Origin: an uncultured Acidobacteriota bacterium | Lineage (GTDB): Bacteria > Acidobacteriota > UBA6911 | Direction of reading: 5' to 3' | Length of the DNA: 64,000 nucleotides | Assembly: GCA_963809485.1 (NCBI GenBank) | Contig: CAWEJX010000020.1 | Location: 416,001-480,000 of the forward strand | In this document: positions 61,282 through 64,000 of the stretch, one piece after another | Layout of the letters: each line of letters opens with the position of its first letter | Position numbering within the stretch: the stretch's first letter is position 1 | Position numbers and translations under genes: made by a program | The notes under the pieces: generated by a model | What the model was told of the DNA's origin: nothing | What the model saw: the letters and a program-made list of their open reading frames with translations, nothing else | Database searches by the model: none

Positions 61282-63366
61282 CTAATTTCGCCCTTGGGAC
61301 TCCACAGCCCGTACCGTTTTGCTGCCTATAAAAGGAATGTCGTGGTGAAAATTGCCCGTTATGTCAAGCTTGACCGAACGGGTCGCTGATGTATTGCCCA
61401 GCGCTTGTCTCTGGAAGTCTGCTACAAGAGCATTGTGACTCAGGCGCGTGCTCACCGCGCGGAATCCGTTACACATCAAGGCGCCAACATCAATATCTTC
61501 TGCCCCGTATCCTTTGCCCAGATCAGAAGGTGGTGTAATAATGACGCTGAATTCTTCCTTGCCTTTTGGGTCTAATGTTTCAGACTGAACTTCAACCTCG
61601 ACGTTAATAGGATCGGAGGTGATAGGCAGAGAAATGCTGGAAGCATGATCCGCATCGCGGTAAATGCTGACCTTTGCATCCGCGGGATCGAGGAATCCGA
61701 ATCCGGGATAGGCGTTGACAATCGCCAGCCTGATTCGGTGGCCAGCTTTCACAACATAGGAGACTGGCAAAGGATCAAAGACAAGCTTCACCGGTTGGTT
61801 CGACGGCAAGGGAGCGGCTTCTGATTCCAGGTTGGCCCGCCATGGAAGACCCAGATTATCGAAGAAGGGATCGCTCAGCGCTCTATGCGATCCTCTCAAC
61901 TGGAACTTTGTAATGACCACGGGCTTGCCCGTTCCGTCGATGTCTTCAAAGAAGGCAAAGAAATCCTGGTCCGCAGCGGAAGAAGACACCCACAGGTCGG
62001 CCTTCACATAGCCGACCAGTTCCATGTCGGACGCTAACGGCTCCGTGGTGTAGGTAATACCCTGGGCGTCCCGCGTGGCTTCGGTAATTGTGTAATTTGC
62101 CGCGTAGGTGTCTTTCGCCGACGGATTCCTTGGGGCAAACGGAGTCAGAATGCCGTCATTCACGCCGGAATTCGCGCTGCCTGACGGCCCTTGTTCCAGA
62201 TAATAGATCATTCGCTTCTCATTCGGCAAAGGCCACTTCCAGGAGAATCTCCAGGACCGGTCTGCTTTCGCGTTTATCGTACTAAAGTAGATGGAAGGCT
62301 CATCCATAATGCCGTTATTAATATTCTTCAGCCAGTAGTCGAACCAGCGACGCTCTTCCGCAAGAATATTAAAGCTCCCGAATCCGCAGTGCCCGAGCGG
62401 CCCCACGCTTGTTTTCAGGACGCTTTTTACATTGGCGCGATATAGGAAGGCATCGCGCATGACTTTTGTAAGCAGATCATTCCAACTTGCCCACTGATAA
62501 GTGGGAATGCCGGCTTCCTGGATGTCCTTGAGGTAAGTTGCGGGACTGGATTCCTCCCATGCTTTGCTATTTGTAATTGGAGAGCGGCTATCCCTGAAGC
62601 GGAGTGGATGGAATATGGCATGATCCGACTGGCCCTTTTTGTGTTGTTCAACCGCTTCATCGCGCATGGCGCCAGTAGGATCTTCATCGACCGGTGCGGA
62701 GGTCTTTTCGCGTTCGTACGAGCTTCCGGAGCGGAACGTGCCTGGAATGCCGCCCTGGGATTTTCCAAAGTAATAATCAAAGCTGTAACATTGGGGGAAG
62801 ATCGCCTTGAGATGCGGCGGTTTCATCCCTGCTGCGAGCCATTCTATTTGTCCGCTGTGAGAACACCCCATCATGCCGACTTTTCCATTGCTCCAGGGCT
62901 GAGTCCCGAGCCATTCCGTCAGGTCATACGCGTCCTGCGCTTCAATGCGGGCATAGCTTCCAATCATGGCTCCAAAGGAAGCTCCACAGCCTCTGGCATC
63001 GGCGAATGCAACAACGTATCCGTGCTTCACAAGCTCGGCATAATTGTCAACCGCATGCACTCCGCCAATTGCCCTGCCTCCCCAGTTGTACGTCCAGAGC
63101 ACCGGATACGGAGTGCTTACGGCGATCCTGTCCTTCGCAGGCCTCAATATATCGACCGCCAATTTCGTGCCGTCCCTCATGGAGACATACCGGGAAGTGC
63201 GGACGGTTTCGGAGTAAATCATCGTAGAATATCCGCTGTATTCACCGGGTCTGGAAACCTGCGCCATGGCTGGATCTGAAGCGCAAATCAACAACCACAT
63301 GACAATCAAAATGGCCATCCTTGACCTCAATTCCGATATTGTTTTGCCTGAGAAATCCGATCTCAT
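61282..63366 (-). CDS. CocE/NonD-family hydrolase (peptidase S15-like)
   Basis: MRDGTKLAVDILRP, DARGCGASFG, QPWSNGKVGMMGCSHSG, RWFDYWLK, GHRIRL. Confidence 0.9.
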   Translation of the reverse strand: MRSDFSGKTISELRSRMAILIVMWLLICASDPAMAQVSRPGEYSGYSTMIYSETVRTSRYVSMRDGTKLAVDILRPAKDRIAVSTPYPVLWTYNWGGRAIGGVHAVDNYAELVKHGYVVAFADARGCGASFGAMIGSYARIEAQDAYDLTEWLGTQPWSNGKVGMMGCSHSGQIEWLAAGMKPPHLKAIFPQCYSFDYYFGKSQGGIPGTFRSGSSYEREKTSAPVDEDPTGAMRDEAVEQHKKGQSDHAIFHPLRFRDSRSPITNSKAWEESSPATYLKDIQEAGIPTYQWASWNDLLTKVMRDAFLYRANVKSVLKTSVGPLGHCGFGSFNILAEERRWFDYWLKNINNGIMDEPSIYFSTINAKADRSWRFSWKWPLPNEKRMIYYLEQGPSGSANSGVNDGILTPFAPRNPSAKDTYAANYTITEATRDAQGITYTTEPLASDMELVGYVKADLWVSSSAADQDFFAFFEDIDGTGKPVVITKFQLRGSHRALSDPFFDNLGLPWRANLESEAAPLPSNQPVKLVFDPLPVSYVVKAGHRIRLAIVNAYPGFGFLDPADAKVSIYRDADHASSISLPITSDPINVEVEVQSETLDPKGKEEFSVIITPPSDLGKGYGAEDIDVGALMCNGFRAVSTRLSHNALVADFQRQALGNTSATRSVKLDITGNFHHDIPFIGSKTVRAVESQGRN

Positions 63367-63599
63367 CGGGCCTCAAGCCCCTAAGGTGTAGGGTCATAAT
63401 CCCGCCTGGCTATGAATCCGATACATCCGGTCATCCAAAAACACTGACTGCAAAATGCAATTAAAATACATATAAAATGCAAATGTAATACATTTTAATA
63501 CGGATTGACGAAGAGACGCCGAACTGTTGTATCCGGCAGTGCGATTGCCGTTTGCTAGGCGCCTGCAATGAAATAATGCCCAGAGACCAGGAGGCATCC

Positions 63600-64000
63600 A
63601 TGTATCGAATCAGTGGAATTGCTCACATCTGCGTTGTGCTGTCCCTTTGTGCCATACATGCGGCCAACGCGCAGAATAATCCAAAAGGCCCGGCCATGCC
63701 TGAGGCAAAACAGAATACATTCGGACTCGGTTCCGGCGGCGGCCCGACACCGCGCAGGCAAGCGGCCTCCCAGGCGGCTACACGGGCGGTAGCATTATGC
63801 AGCGGCTTGTGGGACGGTGGCCGGAGCCTTGAACAGATCAACGCCGATAACGGCGGGCTCGGCGGCACGGAATCGATGAAAACACATATCGATTCCGTGC
63901 GCAAAATCGTCTCCATCGAGTACTCCAGTCTTATGCCGCCGCGTATCGTGGCCTGGCGTCCGGTGCTCGGTTGCGTTCAGTTGCCGATCGGCGCAACCGA
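63600..64000 (+). CDS. Secreted protein, partial; N-terminus resembles beta-lactamase-like serine hydrolases
   Basis: AGGAGG RBS; MYRISGIAHICVVLSLCAIHAANA...ALCSGLW...VAWRPVLGCVQL open to window end. Confidence 0.6.
   Translation, partial: MYRISGIAHICVVLSLCAIHAANAQNNPKGPAMPEAKQNTFGLGSGGGPTPRRQAASQAATRAVALCSGLWDGGRSLEQINADNGGLGGTESMKTHIDSVRKIVSIEYSSLMPPRIVAWRPVLGCVQLPIGAT

Overview
Bacterial chromosomal window of moderately high GC. The carboxypeptidase-domain TonB receptor and the many Tat- or Sec-exported hydrolases and oxidoreductases suggest an anaerobic or facultative Acidobacteriota-like host (inference). Main modules: (1) a NodD-like LysR gene divergent from a PhlG/phloretin-hydrolase gene, an AprB-like ferredoxin and an AprA/Sdh-family flavoprotein fused to a second PhlG domain, with a nod-box-like operator, a candidate flavonoid/acylphloroglucinol catabolic system; (2) a sucrose-utilisation locus (TBDR, sucrose phosphorylase, MFS, PfkB kinase, GntR-LacI regulator) carrying many frameshifts; (3) a signal-peptide-bearing UGSC-family selenoprotein hidden as two ORFs (in-frame TGA, UxxC, SECIS-like hairpin), plus a full-length paralog in which UxxC reads SxxT; (4) a sigma54 two-component system, DUF2202, and a psrABC/phsABC-like operon with split YeeE/YedE and a Cys-tailed rhodanese; (5) a Tat-exported sugar redox cluster; (6) a mosaic distal half with hydrolases, gene remnants and an attC-like cassette junction. 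Also present are three copies of an IS200/IS605-type non-autonomous element (one with a nested hairpin insert) and a dispersed heptamer-palindrome repeat family. No rRNA, tRNA or CRISPR array was seen. All family assignments come from motif recognition by eye, not from database searches.
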